A stretch of 38,710 bases of DNA from Armatimonadota bacterium (GTDB taxonomy: Bacteria; Armatimonadota; UBA10988): positions 1-38,710 of the forward strand of contig JACRKZ010000171.1 of assembly GCA_016235455.1 (NCBI GenBank), given 5' to 3'. The notes beneath the pieces were generated by a model. It was not told the origin of the DNA and did not search any database. It saw nothing but the letters and a program-made list of their open reading frames with translations. A program made the position numbers and the translations under genes. Below are positions 8,360-17,030 of the stretch, piece after piece (position 1 is the stretch's first letter; every line of letters begins with the position of its first letter).

Positions 8360-8388
8360 GAACGCCATTCGCAGGCCGAACGGCGTTC
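8360..8388. repeat. Palindrome GAACGCCATTC-N7-GAACGGCGTTC (copy 2)
   Basis: Same right arm and spacer length as copy 1, extendable to ctg...cag. It ends about 70 bp upstream of the fucosidase start. Confidence 0.55.
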
Positions 8389-8456
8389 AGCGGCCCGCCG
8401 ACGGGGAGGAGCCACGGCGAGCAGGGCCAAGTCAGGCGCGACCGAGGAAGGCGACG

Positions 8457-9563
8457 ATGCCCGCACCCAGCTATCTGCGCGATCACGAAACGCTGTACGC
8501 CACCGACCCGCGCGCCGCGGCGCGCGCCTGGTTCGGCGAGGCCCGCTACGGCCTGTTCCTGCACTACGGGCTCTACAGCTTGCTGCGTCGCGGCGAGTGG
8601 GTGCAGTTCAAGGAGCGCATCCCGGTGGCCGAATACGCCCGGCTGCAGGCCGACTTCCAGGCCGAGTCGTTCGACGCCGAGGCCATCTGCCGACTGGCGA
8701 TCGAGGCGGAGATGCGCTACGTCACGTTGACCACGCGGCACCACGACAGCTTCTGCCTGTTCCGCACCGCGCAGACGGAGTTCAACAGCGTCAACGCGCC
8801 GTGCGGCCGCGACCTGGTCGGCGAGTTGGCCGAGGCCTGCCGCGCGCACGGGCTGGGGCTGTTCCTCTATTACAGCTACGCCTGCGACTGGAAGCACCCC
8901 TGGTTCTACCCGCGCGAGGCGGGCTGCACGTTTGCGCGGCCGGCCTATGAGCAGCCGCAGCCCGAGTACCTGTGGCGCGAGGACGCCGACATGGGCCGCT
9001 ACATTGCCTTCGTCCATGCGCAGCTCGAGGAACTGCTGACGCAATACGGGCCGGTGGCGGGCGTCTGGTTCGACCCGATCATGGCCTACTACGCGCGGCC
9101 TGACCTGTTTCCCATCGCGGAGACCTATGCGCTCATCCGGCGGCTCCAGCCCCAAGCGCTGGTCGCCTTCAAGCAGGGCGCCAACGGCGATGAGGACTTC
9201 GCCTCGCCCGAGCACTTTGCCGCCTCGCTGGCCGATCGCGTGGCGGCGAATGGCGGGTCGGAACAGGCCGTGGCGGCGGCGCGCGCGGCCTGGGCGGCGA
9301 ATGCCGTCAAGCCCAACGAGACGTGCACCACCATGCACCCAGCCTGGGGCTGCCAGGACTGCGCCGACAGCGAGCACAAGACGCTCGACCAGGTCTGGGC
9401 CGACCTGGCATCCGCCGCCGGTCAGGGCTGGAATCTGCTGCTCAACACCGGGCCGCTCCCCGATGGCAGCATTCATCCGCTGGACGCGGCGACGCTGAGG
9501 CGGGTGGGGCAGCGCATCCGCGCCGAGGGCTGGCCCGGGCCAGAGCCCACCGTCGCCAGCTAG
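8457..9563 (+). CDS. Alpha-L-fucosidase (GH29), 368 aa, no evident signal peptide
   Basis: WFGEARYGLFLHYGLYS, TTRHHDSFCLF, GLGLFLYYS, nucleophile motif GVWFD and NLLLNTGPLPDGSI. ATG 8457 follows GAGGAAGG. Confidence 0.92.
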   Translation: MPAPSYLRDHETLYATDPRAAARAWFGEARYGLFLHYGLYSLLRRGEWVQFKERIPVAEYARLQADFQAESFDAEAICRLAIEAEMRYVTLTTRHHDSFCLFRTAQTEFNSVNAPCGRDLVGELAEACRAHGLGLFLYYSYACDWKHPWFYPREAGCTFARPAYEQPQPEYLWREDADMGRYIAFVHAQLEELLTQYGPVAGVWFDPIMAYYARPDLFPIAETYALIRRLQPQALVAFKQGANGDEDFASPEHFAASLADRVAANGGSEQAVAAARAAWAANAVKPNETCTTMHPAWGCQDCADSEHKTLDQVWADLASAAGQGWNLLLNTGPLPDGSIHPLDAATLRRVGQRIRAEGWPGPEPTVAS

Positions 9564-9746
9564 CCGCCGCGGTCGACGATCGTTGACGGCCGCTACACGC
9601 CTTCACCCCCCAATGCCATGGCATGGCCCCATGGCGTGCGCCATCGCCTGTGCCCACAACAGCAGCAGGGGCCACCGGCGGCAACCGTGCTCGGCGGCCG
9701 GCTCCTGCTGTTGGCCCGCGCACGAGTGCGGCCCAGGGAGTTTGCT

Positions 9747-10634
9747 ATGAGAACAGTCTGTTCGCGCGCGTCGCTGGTTGCCGTGGCCTTGCTGGTGGGC
9801 GCCGTGGCGCTAACCGGCTGCAATTCGAGCAACGGCTCGGCCACCGGCACGACGGGCCGGGTGCAGGTCTCGCTGACCGACCAGTCCGGTACCTACAGCG
9901 CGGTCGTGCTCAGCATCAAGAAGGTGCTGGTCGTACCCGATGGCATGGAGAGCGCCGACACCACGCCCGCCTTCCATACCGTGGCCAACTTCACGCCCTC
10001 GCGCGTGGTCGACGTCCTGGACCTGGCCTACCAGCAGCAGTTGCTGGGCGAAGCCACCATGCCCGCTGGTGAGTACCATCAGGTGCGACTGGTGCTGGAC
10101 ACCAACCCCGCCAGCGGCGCGCCGCTCAACTACGTCATGCTGCCCGGCGATACCGCTCATTACGCGCTCGACACGCCCAGCGGCCATATGTCGGGCCTGA
10201 AAGTCACGGGCGACTTCACCGTGATGGCCGGGTACTTGGTGGCCATGGTCTTGGACTTCAATCCCCAGAAGGCGATCATCCATGCCGGCGCCAGCGGCAA
10301 GTACATCCTGAAGCCCACCGGCATCCGCATGTGCGAGCAGGCGGGCCTCCTGGCTCACTACGGCAGCCTGAGCGGCACCGTCCTGCCGAGCGCGGCATGG
10401 TCGACCGCCGTGGTGCGTGTCGTGCCCGTGGGTAGCTCCTCGGCTGTGGTCAGCGGCGCTGTCGACCCGGAGGATGGCAGCTACAGAGCCCTTGTGCCGG
10501 CCGGTAGCTACAACATCCTGGTGGACGCCACGGGCTTCGCGGCCTTCGACTCGCGCACTCTCGGGGCCGAAGGGACTCACACGGTCATGCTCGGCCAGGA
10601 GCACGCGGTGGAGGGCATCCTGCTCACGCGTTGA
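9747..10634 (+). CDS. DUF4382-domain lipoprotein with C-terminal carboxypeptidase-regulatory-like beta domain, 295 aa
   Basis: Lipobox ALTGC; motifs GRVQVSLTD, MPAGEYHQVRLVL, LDTPSGHMSGLK, VLDFNPQKAI and GKYILKP; C-terminal DGSY..LVPAGSYNI. ATG 9747 follows GGGAG. Confidence 0.8.
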   Translation: MRTVCSRASLVAVALLVGAVALTGCNSSNGSATGTTGRVQVSLTDQSGTYSAVVLSIKKVLVVPDGMESADTTPAFHTVANFTPSRVVDVLDLAYQQQLLGEATMPAGEYHQVRLVLDTNPASGAPLNYVMLPGDTAHYALDTPSGHMSGLKVTGDFTVMAGYLVAMVLDFNPQKAIIHAGASGKYILKPTGIRMCEQAGLLAHYGSLSGTVLPSAAWSTAVVRVVPVGSSSAVVSGAVDPEDGSYRALVPAGSYNILVDATGFAAFDSRTLGAEGTHTVMLGQEHAVEGILLTR

Positions 10635-10721
10635 CCGCGCGGCTAGCGGTCCCAGCCAGACGTGTCGGCGTCCCCGTTCCCCCGCGGAGCGAGGACGCCG
10701 GCGGTTTGGGCCTGGCCGGCA

Positions 10722-10750
10722 TTGACGCACCGGCGCAGCGTGCCGACAAT
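10722..10750 (+). promoter_or_regulatory. Sigma70-type promoter TTGACG-N17-GACAAT
   Basis: Near-consensus hexamers with 17-bp spacing, ending 37 nt upstream of ATG 10788. Confidence 0.55.
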
Positions 10751-10787
10751 GGTGCCACGAGCGGGGCTGCTCTCGAAAGGCACATCA

Positions 10788-13337
10788 ATGCTGCATACCA
10801 CGGGCCGTCGCCTGTTGTGCGCGGTCGGGTTGGCGCTGGTTGCGCTGGCGCCGCGGCCGACGCTGGCGAGTTACTACGACCTGATCCCCTCGTCCACCAC
10901 GCCGCTCGAAGCCGTGACCTACGACGCGCGCTACCCATACTGGACGCAGCAGATCTACATCGCGACCTACCCGCACCACGCCTGGTCGCGCGAGGGTTGG
11001 ACCAGCGAGTACTACGGCGGCGTGCAACTCAACTCCGCGGCCAAGAGCACCTTCCTGCTCTGGTCTACCTGGCAGGTACGCGGCAAGGACGCGCCGGCCA
11101 GCGGCATCGACTTCGTCCACGCCGGCCCGCGGCTGGGTTGGCGGCGGTCGACCTGGGAGGGTTCGTCCGGCGGCGTATCGGGCTCGTGGCCACCTGACGA
11201 GTTCCGCACCAACCAGTGGTACCGCTTCGTCCACCGCACCTGGCGGCCGATCGGCGATCTGGCCCACCTGGGGTATGCCGGCGTGTGGATGAAGGCGCTG
11301 GAGACCGGCCAGTGGTACCACATGGCCACCTTCAAGTTCCCCGCCGAGTTGACCGGCTTCAACAACATGTTCGGCTTCATGGAATGGTTCGGGCCGAACG
11401 CGCCCGACCGGGCCGCGGCCGAGTTCCGCAATGTCTACAGCTTGACCGACGGCAAGTGGACCTCGCGCACGGCCTTTTCCGCGCGCAACGCCGGCGGCAA
11501 CGCCGTCACGCTGACGTCGGGCGAGGGTGGGGTGGGCGTGCTCATGGAGACGGTGTCCAACCCCATCGACCCGGCGACCGGCAAGCGTCCCACGGTGCCC
11601 GTGGTGCGGCAGGAGCTCACGCTACGCCAGCCCGAGCAGCCGGAGTTCTTCGACCAGGCCAAGGTCGGCACGCTGGCCGCTGAGTGGCTGGGCCGGCAAC
11701 TCGTCGCGCGCTGGACGGTCGACACCAAGTCCTCACCGCAGCTCGGTTACGACCTCGAGGTGTATGACGGCGAACGCCGCCTGCTGGCCACGCGCGCCAA
11801 CGAGCCCGAGGCCCGCGAGTGCACCGCGTTGCTGCCGGAGCTGCCCCGCGCCGCGGTCAGCGTGCGCCTGCGCCTGCGCGACATCCTCGGCCAGACCTCA
11901 CCCGAGGCGCGCTGCGTGGCCGCGGCGGCGAAGCCCCTGGCCGCCGCCGCGACCGCTCGCCTGGCGCCGAGGCTGGCTTACCGATACTACGAGTCGCCTC
12001 AAGGCGAGACCTGGTCGAACCTGCCCGACTTCGCGGCGCGCCGGCCGGTGCGTAGCGGCATCACAGCCACGCCCGACATCACCCCGCGCCTGCGCCGCAA
12101 TGGCTATGCGCTGGCCTTCGACGGCTACCTGCGCGTGCCGGCCGACGGGCTGTACACCTTCGCGCTGACCGTGGCCAGCGGCGCGCGGCTGACGCTCGAC
12201 GGCCGCACCGTGGTCGACGCCGACGGCGACCGCTCCATCGCGGCTTACCCCGGCACGGTGGCGCTGCGGGCCGGGCTCCATGCGCTGGCGCTGAGCTTCT
12301 ACCACGGTCGTGGCCGACCCAACCAGGCGGACGACTACCTGCAACTGAGCTGGGCTGGCCCCGGCTTCGACCTGACGCCCGTGCCGGCTTCGGCGTTCTC
12401 ACACGCAGTGGCCGCGGGTGAGCAGACGCTGACAGCCGCCGCGCGGCCGCTCGACGCCGTGCGGATCACGTTGTCGAGCCGCTTGGCTGGAGGCGGGCCG
12501 CGGCCCAAGCGCACCGAGTACTACGCGGTCAACGACCAGTTCGACTACTTTGCTATGCAGGGCGGCCGTTCGGCGGGCTACTTCCTGGCCGCCACCGACC
12601 AGCCCGACCAGGCCGTGATCGTACCGATCTGGGGCGGGCGCCAGAGGACCGTGTTCGCCCGCGCGGTGCTCGACGACGGCCGCACCGTGGACAGCGCGCC
12701 GGTGGAGGTGACTGCCCTGGCAGCGCCGCCCGCGCTCGATGCCAACGGCATGCGGCTGACCGCGCTGGAGCATCATCTGTACCCCATGGCCAGTGGGGTC
12801 GACAATGGCACGGTCACCCTGGTGGGTGAGTCGATGGGCTTGTTGACCCGGCCGCACCGGGGCGACGTGACGATCACCGCGCATCTCACCGGCATCACCT
12901 CGAACCAGCCGCTGGCCGACGGCACGACGCTGGACAGCCCCGGCAACTGGTACTCGGGCCTCATCCTGCGCAACAGCGCCGCGCCCCGGCCGGGCGAGCC
13001 GTTGGGCGGCGCGGAAATCCCCTACATCGCCCTGTTCGGCTCGGCTGACGGCGCCACGCGGCGCTGCGACAGCACGATGATCAACGGTGCGGGCAATCAG
13101 CCCTCGGGCGACATCGGGCGCGATGCCAAGTGGTTCCGACTGACTCGCCAGGGCCAGGACCTGGCGGCTTACCTCTCTCGCGACGGCCAGACCTGGAGCA
13201 AGGTCGCCGGCATCACTCAGCCCAAGCTGGGCGAGGAGATCGAGGTCGGCTTCGTACACTATGCGCTGCCCTGCGCCACGCCGGTGGTGCACTGGGCCAG
13301 CTTCGACCATGTGCAGGCGCTGGATCGCGTGGAGTGA
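10788..13337 (+). CDS. Secreted multidomain protein: DUF3472-like N-domain, PA14 domain, C-terminal ConA/LamG-like beta-sandwich, 849 aa
   Basis: Signal peptide MLHTTGRRLLCAVGLALVALAPRPTLA. DUF3472-like YYGGVQLN..FLLWSTW..EGSSGG..WYRF..GFMEWF. PA14-like YALAFDGYLRVPADGLYTF..LRAGLHAL..LQLSWAGP. C-terminal WFRLTRQG..YLSRDGQTW. Confidence 0.7.
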   Translation: MLHTTGRRLLCAVGLALVALAPRPTLASYYDLIPSSTTPLEAVTYDARYPYWTQQIYIATYPHHAWSREGWTSEYYGGVQLNSAAKSTFLLWSTWQVRGKDAPASGIDFVHAGPRLGWRRSTWEGSSGGVSGSWPPDEFRTNQWYRFVHRTWRPIGDLAHLGYAGVWMKALETGQWYHMATFKFPAELTGFNNMFGFMEWFGPNAPDRAAAEFRNVYSLTDGKWTSRTAFSARNAGGNAVTLTSGEGGVGVLMETVSNPIDPATGKRPTVPVVRQELTLRQPEQPEFFDQAKVGTLAAEWLGRQLVARWTVDTKSSPQLGYDLEVYDGERRLLATRANEPEARECTALLPELPRAAVSVRLRLRDILGQTSPEARCVAAAAKPLAAAATARLAPRLAYRYYESPQGETWSNLPDFAARRPVRSGITATPDITPRLRRNGYALAFDGYLRVPADGLYTFALTVASGARLTLDGRTVVDADGDRSIAAYPGTVALRAGLHALALSFYHGRGRPNQADDYLQLSWAGPGFDLTPVPASAFSHAVAAGEQTLTAAARPLDAVRITLSSRLAGGGPRPKRTEYYAVNDQFDYFAMQGGRSAGYFLAATDQPDQAVIVPIWGGRQRTVFARAVLDDGRTVDSAPVEVTALAAPPALDANGMRLTALEHHLYPMASGVDNGTVTLVGESMGLLTRPHRGDVTITAHLTGITSNQPLADGTTLDSPGNWYSGLILRNSAAPRPGEPLGGAEIPYIALFGSADGATRRCDSTMINGAGNQPSGDIGRDAKWFRLTRQGQDLAAYLSRDGQTWSKVAGITQPKLGEEIEVGFVHYALPCATPVVHWASFDHVQALDRVE

Positions 13338-13394
13338 GTCCGCCGATCGTTCTCAGCCGGGACAACCAACGCCTGCCGGCCTGACCGACGGGGC

Positions 13395-14177
13395 CTACCC
13401 GTCGTCGCTGAGGCTCAGCCCGCGGTCGGCGTGCTGCGGGTCGTCGGGTCGCGACAACCCGCGCTCCATGCGGGCTTGCAGCGCCTCGTCCTGCTCGGCG
13501 CGGGCAGCGATGATCGCCTTGGCGACGCGCACCAACGGGGCGCTTCCGGGGCCCGCCAGGGCGAGCCAGCGGCCGTCCCGGAGATGAAGCACCGGCCGGC
13601 TGATCATCTCGTCGAGCCGCATCACATCGGCCCATCGCACGCACTCGACAGAGTGGGGCCCCTCGATCGTGAGGAATTCAGGGTCGGCCGTGACCGCGTG
13701 GTTCAGGCGTCGGCGTGCGGCGCGGACCGCGACCAGCCGCTGCTGCCAACGAGCGAGCCCTCGCCGCCAGGAGCCCTCCAGCGACAGGCTGGCCAGCAAT
13801 GCGCCAGACACGATCAGTGTCGCGCCCGGACCCTCAAAGACCCGGTCCCCATCGACCGTGGCATACATCAGCGCCACGCCGATCACCGCCATCGCGATGC
13901 CGCACAGCAGCCACCAGGCCGGGTGCGGCGGCAGGACGCGCGTTGCACGGACCACAGGCACCCGCGCGTCCACCTCATCCTCCCGCTCACCATGGCTGCT
14001 GAGCCGACCGGCGCAGCGGTCGAACCCACGCAGCCATTGGGCAATCCGCGCGGTAGCCGGCAGCCAGTCGTCGTCGAGTGCGGGCTCCCCTGGTTGTCCC
14101 TGACGCCCCTCATCCATGCCCGCCGATTCGGCTCGCGTCGGCAGTCTCCTCGCGGGGCTGGTCGTGTTCGCTGCCAC
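13395..14177 (-). CDS. Hypothetical membrane protein with two TM segments; alternative start ATG 14117
   Basis: Two hydrophobic stretches (WWLLCGIAMAVIGVALMY and ATLIVSGALLASL). It fills the gap between neighbouring genes on the same strand as the upstream gene. Confidence 0.55.
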   Translation of the reverse strand: MAANTTSPARRLPTRAESAGMDEGRQGQPGEPALDDDWLPATARIAQWLRGFDRCAGRLSSHGEREDEVDARVPVVRATRVLPPHPAWWLLCGIAMAVIGVALMYATVDGDRVFEGPGATLIVSGALLASLSLEGSWRRGLARWQQRLVAVRAARRRLNHAVTADPEFLTIEGPHSVECVRWADVMRLDEMISRPVLHLRDGRWLALAGPGSAPLVRVAKAIIAARAEQDEALQARMERGLSRPDDPQHADRGLSLSDDG

Positions 14178-14218
14178 GCTTTGAGCCGACCTGACTGAGA
14201 ACCCCGCGGCGCTCGGCG

Positions 14219-14665
14219 TCAGCCCCGCTCCGCCAGGCGCGCCTCGATGCGCTCCAGCCGCGCGACGATATCCGGGATGAGCCGGGCCAGGTCGTGCATC
14301 TCGGCGCGCGTCACCCGGGCCTCGGCCAGTTCGGTGACCTGTGTGACCTGGTTGGCCTTGACCAGCTCAAACTCCTTGGTGATGGTCTCGTGGTCCTCCT
14401 CGGCGCGCTTCTCCGAGGCGCGGTTGAGCACAATCCCACCAACCATCAGCAGCGGCAACGCCCATAGCTGGATCCAGGCGCTGGAGATCAGCAGGATGGT
14501 CTCTTTCCAGTGGGCCAACTGCGGTACAAACGCCAGCAAGCCCCACACGAAGAAGACGTAGAACGCCCACATCGAACCGAAGACCACCGTGCCCCGGGCC
14601 GCGACCTTCTCGTTGAACTCATTGATGCGAGCCAGCAGCGGGCTCGGCGCCGATTCCGTGGCCAT
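14219..14665 (-). CDS. DUF1003-like small membrane protein, 148 aa
   Basis: FNEKVA..GTVVFGSMWAFYVF..ISSAWIQLWALPLLMVG..RAEEDH followed by a coiled-coil tail. ATG 14665 follows GGGAG. Confidence 0.7.
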   Translation of the reverse strand: MATESAPSPLLARINEFNEKVAARGTVVFGSMWAFYVFFVWGLLAFVPQLAHWKETILLISSAWIQLWALPLLMVGGIVLNRASEKRAEEDHETITKEFELVKANQVTQVTELAEARVTRAEMHDLARLIPDIVARLERIEARLAERG

Positions 14666-14841
14666 GGCATATCTCCCGCGCGCACCTTCCACCTGCCTTG
14701 CGCTATCCCTGCCCGACGGCCGAACCTCGCCGTTTTGGTAATCCTGTGCGCAAGTGTGGAACTCTCGGCTCTTGTAGTCCCAAACCCCTTGAAACGGCCG
14801 GCGCTGGCGTGACAATGGCCCTCGGGTAGCGCGAGAGCGAT

Positions 14842-16128
14842 GTGAGACCGAATCTGCTGCGACGGCTGGTGACGCGGACCGAGGGCTTCGTCAAAGGCAT
14901 GATGTTCGACTGCCGGGCGTGCGGGCAGTGCGTGCTGAAGACGACGGGGCTGGTCTGTCCCATGACCTGCCCCAAGGCGCTGCGCAACGGGCCCTGCGGC
15001 GGCACGCTGGACGGCATGTGCGAGGCGGCCCCCGATCGGCCGTGCGTGCATGTGCGTATCCACGGCCGCGTGGTGGGCGGCGAGGGCACCGATCTGCCGC
15101 CGCTGCTGCCGCCCATCGATCCGCGGTTGATGCACACCAGCTCGTACCTGAACTACCTGAGCGGCGCCGACCAGCCGGGGCGGGTGCCGCTGCCATACCT
15201 GGATCTGGGCTGCGACCGGAAGCGCCAGCCGCAGCAGACGCAGTCCAAGCTGGAAGCTGCCATGAAGGCAGGCGAGTGGATTGTCACCAGCGAGATCCGC
15301 TCGCCGCGTTCGGCTGACTGGTCGGCGCTGGTCAAGAAGGCCGACCAGCTGCGCGGGCACTTCCATGCCATCAATGCCACGGCCTACCTCAATGGTCGGC
15401 CGTCGCTCAGTTCACCCGTGGCCGCGGCCAAGGTGCAGGAACTGGGGCTCGAGGCCATCGCCCAGACCACCTGCCGCGACCACACGCGGACCTCGTTCGT
15501 GTCCGAGGCCATGCAGAACCAGTTGGCCGGCGTCTACAACCTGCTGTGTCTGACCGGCGACTACTTCGTCGGCGCGCCTGCCATTCGCCAGGTCTACGAC
15601 ATGGACTCCGCGCTGATGCTGCACGAGGCGCGGCACCTGCGCGAGACCGGTGTCATCTGCTTTACCGGCCAGGAAGTGCCGGTGCCGCCCCGGCCCTGGC
15701 TGGGCGCGGCCATCAACCCCTTCACGACGCCCGAGAACGTGCCCATTCGCCGGCTCAAGCAGAAGGCCGCGGCGGGCGCGGACTTCATCCAGTCGCAGGT
15801 CATCCTCGATGTCGAGCGCTTCGCCGCGTTCATGGCGCGGGTCTGCGACGAGGGCATCGACCGCGACCTGTTCATCCTGGCCGGCGTGCCGGTGGTCATC
15901 GGCAAGCGCGCGCTGGAGATGCTGCCCACGGTGCCCGGCGTGTGGGTGCCCGAAGCCGCCATGCGGCGGCTGGCAGCGGCGGCCGACATGCGCGCCGAGG
16001 GCGTGGCCATGGCGGTTGAGACCTGTGAGGCGCTACGGGCCATCCCCGGTGTGTCGGGGGTGCATCTGATGCTGTTCGGAACGGATTCCTCGGCGGTGGT
16101 CGAGGTGCGTGAACGGATGTCTGCCTGA
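14842..16128 (+). CDS. metF: Methylenetetrahydrofolate reductase with fused N-terminal MetV-like Cys-rich domain, 428 aa
   Basis: N-terminal CRACGQCVL...CPMTCPKALRNGPCGG...CE...PC (MetV-type), then the MTHFR core TSEIRSP, QTTCRD, LCLTGD, LKQKAAAGADFIQSQ and GVSGVHLM. Confidence 0.88.
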   Translation: MRPNLLRRLVTRTEGFVKGMMFDCRACGQCVLKTTGLVCPMTCPKALRNGPCGGTLDGMCEAAPDRPCVHVRIHGRVVGGEGTDLPPLLPPIDPRLMHTSSYLNYLSGADQPGRVPLPYLDLGCDRKRQPQQTQSKLEAAMKAGEWIVTSEIRSPRSADWSALVKKADQLRGHFHAINATAYLNGRPSLSSPVAAAKVQELGLEAIAQTTCRDHTRTSFVSEAMQNQLAGVYNLLCLTGDYFVGAPAIRQVYDMDSALMLHEARHLRETGVICFTGQEVPVPPRPWLGAAINPFTTPENVPIRRLKQKAAAGADFIQSQVILDVERFAAFMARVCDEGIDRDLFILAGVPVVIGKRALEMLPTVPGVWVPEAAMRRLAAAADMRAEGVAMAVETCEALRAIPGVSGVHLMLFGTDSSAVVEVRERMSA

Positions 16129-16137
16129 GGAGGTGGC

Positions 16138-17025
16138 GTGGTGGCCATAGAGGGACTGAAGCTGATCGGCGAGCGGATCAACCCGGGCTTCCGCAGCTCC
16201 AAGGAGCTGCTGGACGCCAAGGATCTGCCGGGCCTGCAGGCGCTGGCCGTGGACCAGGTGCGCAAGGGCGGTTGCGCCTATCTGACCGTGAACGTCGGCG
16301 AGGCGGGCACGCGCGACCCGCAGTTTCTCGTGGATCTGATCCGCGCCATCCAGGCGGTGGTCGACCTGCCCTTGGCGTTCGACTACCCGGCGCGCGAGGT
16401 GCAGGAGCTGTGCCTGGACACGTATGACGCGGGCCGGGCGCAGGGCCGCTGGCCAATCATGAACAGCGTCACCGAGCTGCGTTGGGACATGCTCGACATC
16501 CGCGACCGCCAGCCGTTCAAGGTTGTGCTCATGGCCAGCGAGCGGCTGGAAGGCACCCGCGGCGTGCCCAACCGCACGGCCGCCGAGGTGCATCAGACCG
16601 CGCGCCGCATGGTGGAGCGCTTGCTGGGCGGCGACTATGGGCTGACCGCGGACGACCTGTTCATCGACGTCTCGCTCGGACCGATCTCGGCCGACCTGGA
16701 GGGGCTTACGCGGCAGGCGGTGGACAGCATTGCGCTGCTCGGCGCCGACCCCGACCTGGCCGGCACGCACAAGATGGTCGGGCTCTCCAATCTCAGCATC
16801 AGCACGCCGCCGCGCGCGCTGGACGGCGGGTTGCTCAAGGTGCGCCTGGAGTCGGCTTTCCTCACACTGACCGTGCCGCACGGGCTGGACTACATCCTGG
16901 GCACCCCGGGCCGCGACTACCAGGTGCTGCCCGACGACGACTACGTGATGATCGGCTTCCGCGAGGCCATCGCGCTGGACGGGTTCGACACGCTGATGCG
17001 CGTGCAAGCGCTGTACACGGAGTAA
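16138..17025 (+). CDS. Pterin-binding methyltransferase (methyl-THF:corrinoid methyltransferase, AcsE / MetH pterin-domain-like), about 295 aa
   Basis: LIGERIN, YLTVNVG, PLAFD, IMNSV, LFID and VGLSNLS motifs. GGAGG RBS, 9 bp after metF. Confidence 0.85.
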   Translation: MVAIEGLKLIGERINPGFRSSKELLDAKDLPGLQALAVDQVRKGGCAYLTVNVGEAGTRDPQFLVDLIRAIQAVVDLPLAFDYPAREVQELCLDTYDAGRAQGRWPIMNSVTELRWDMLDIRDRQPFKVVLMASERLEGTRGVPNRTAAEVHQTARRMVERLLGGDYGLTADDLFIDVSLGPISADLEGLTRQAVDSIALLGADPDLAGTHKMVGLSNLSISTPPRALDGGLLKVRLESAFLTLTVPHGLDYILGTPGRDYQVLPDDDYVMIGFREAIALDGFDTLMRVQALYTE

Positions 17026-17030
17026 CCACC

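Noticed and set aside
9613-9624. Perfect 12-bp palindrome ATGCCATGGCAT upstream of the DUF4382 gene
   Set aside because: A single short occurrence with no second copy noticed, so it cannot be distinguished from chance.
14666-14841. SAM or THF riboswitch upstream of metF
   Set aside because: No recognisable consensus. The short region appears to be a divergent promoter (TTGAAA-N16-GACAAT at 14789-14816, weak).
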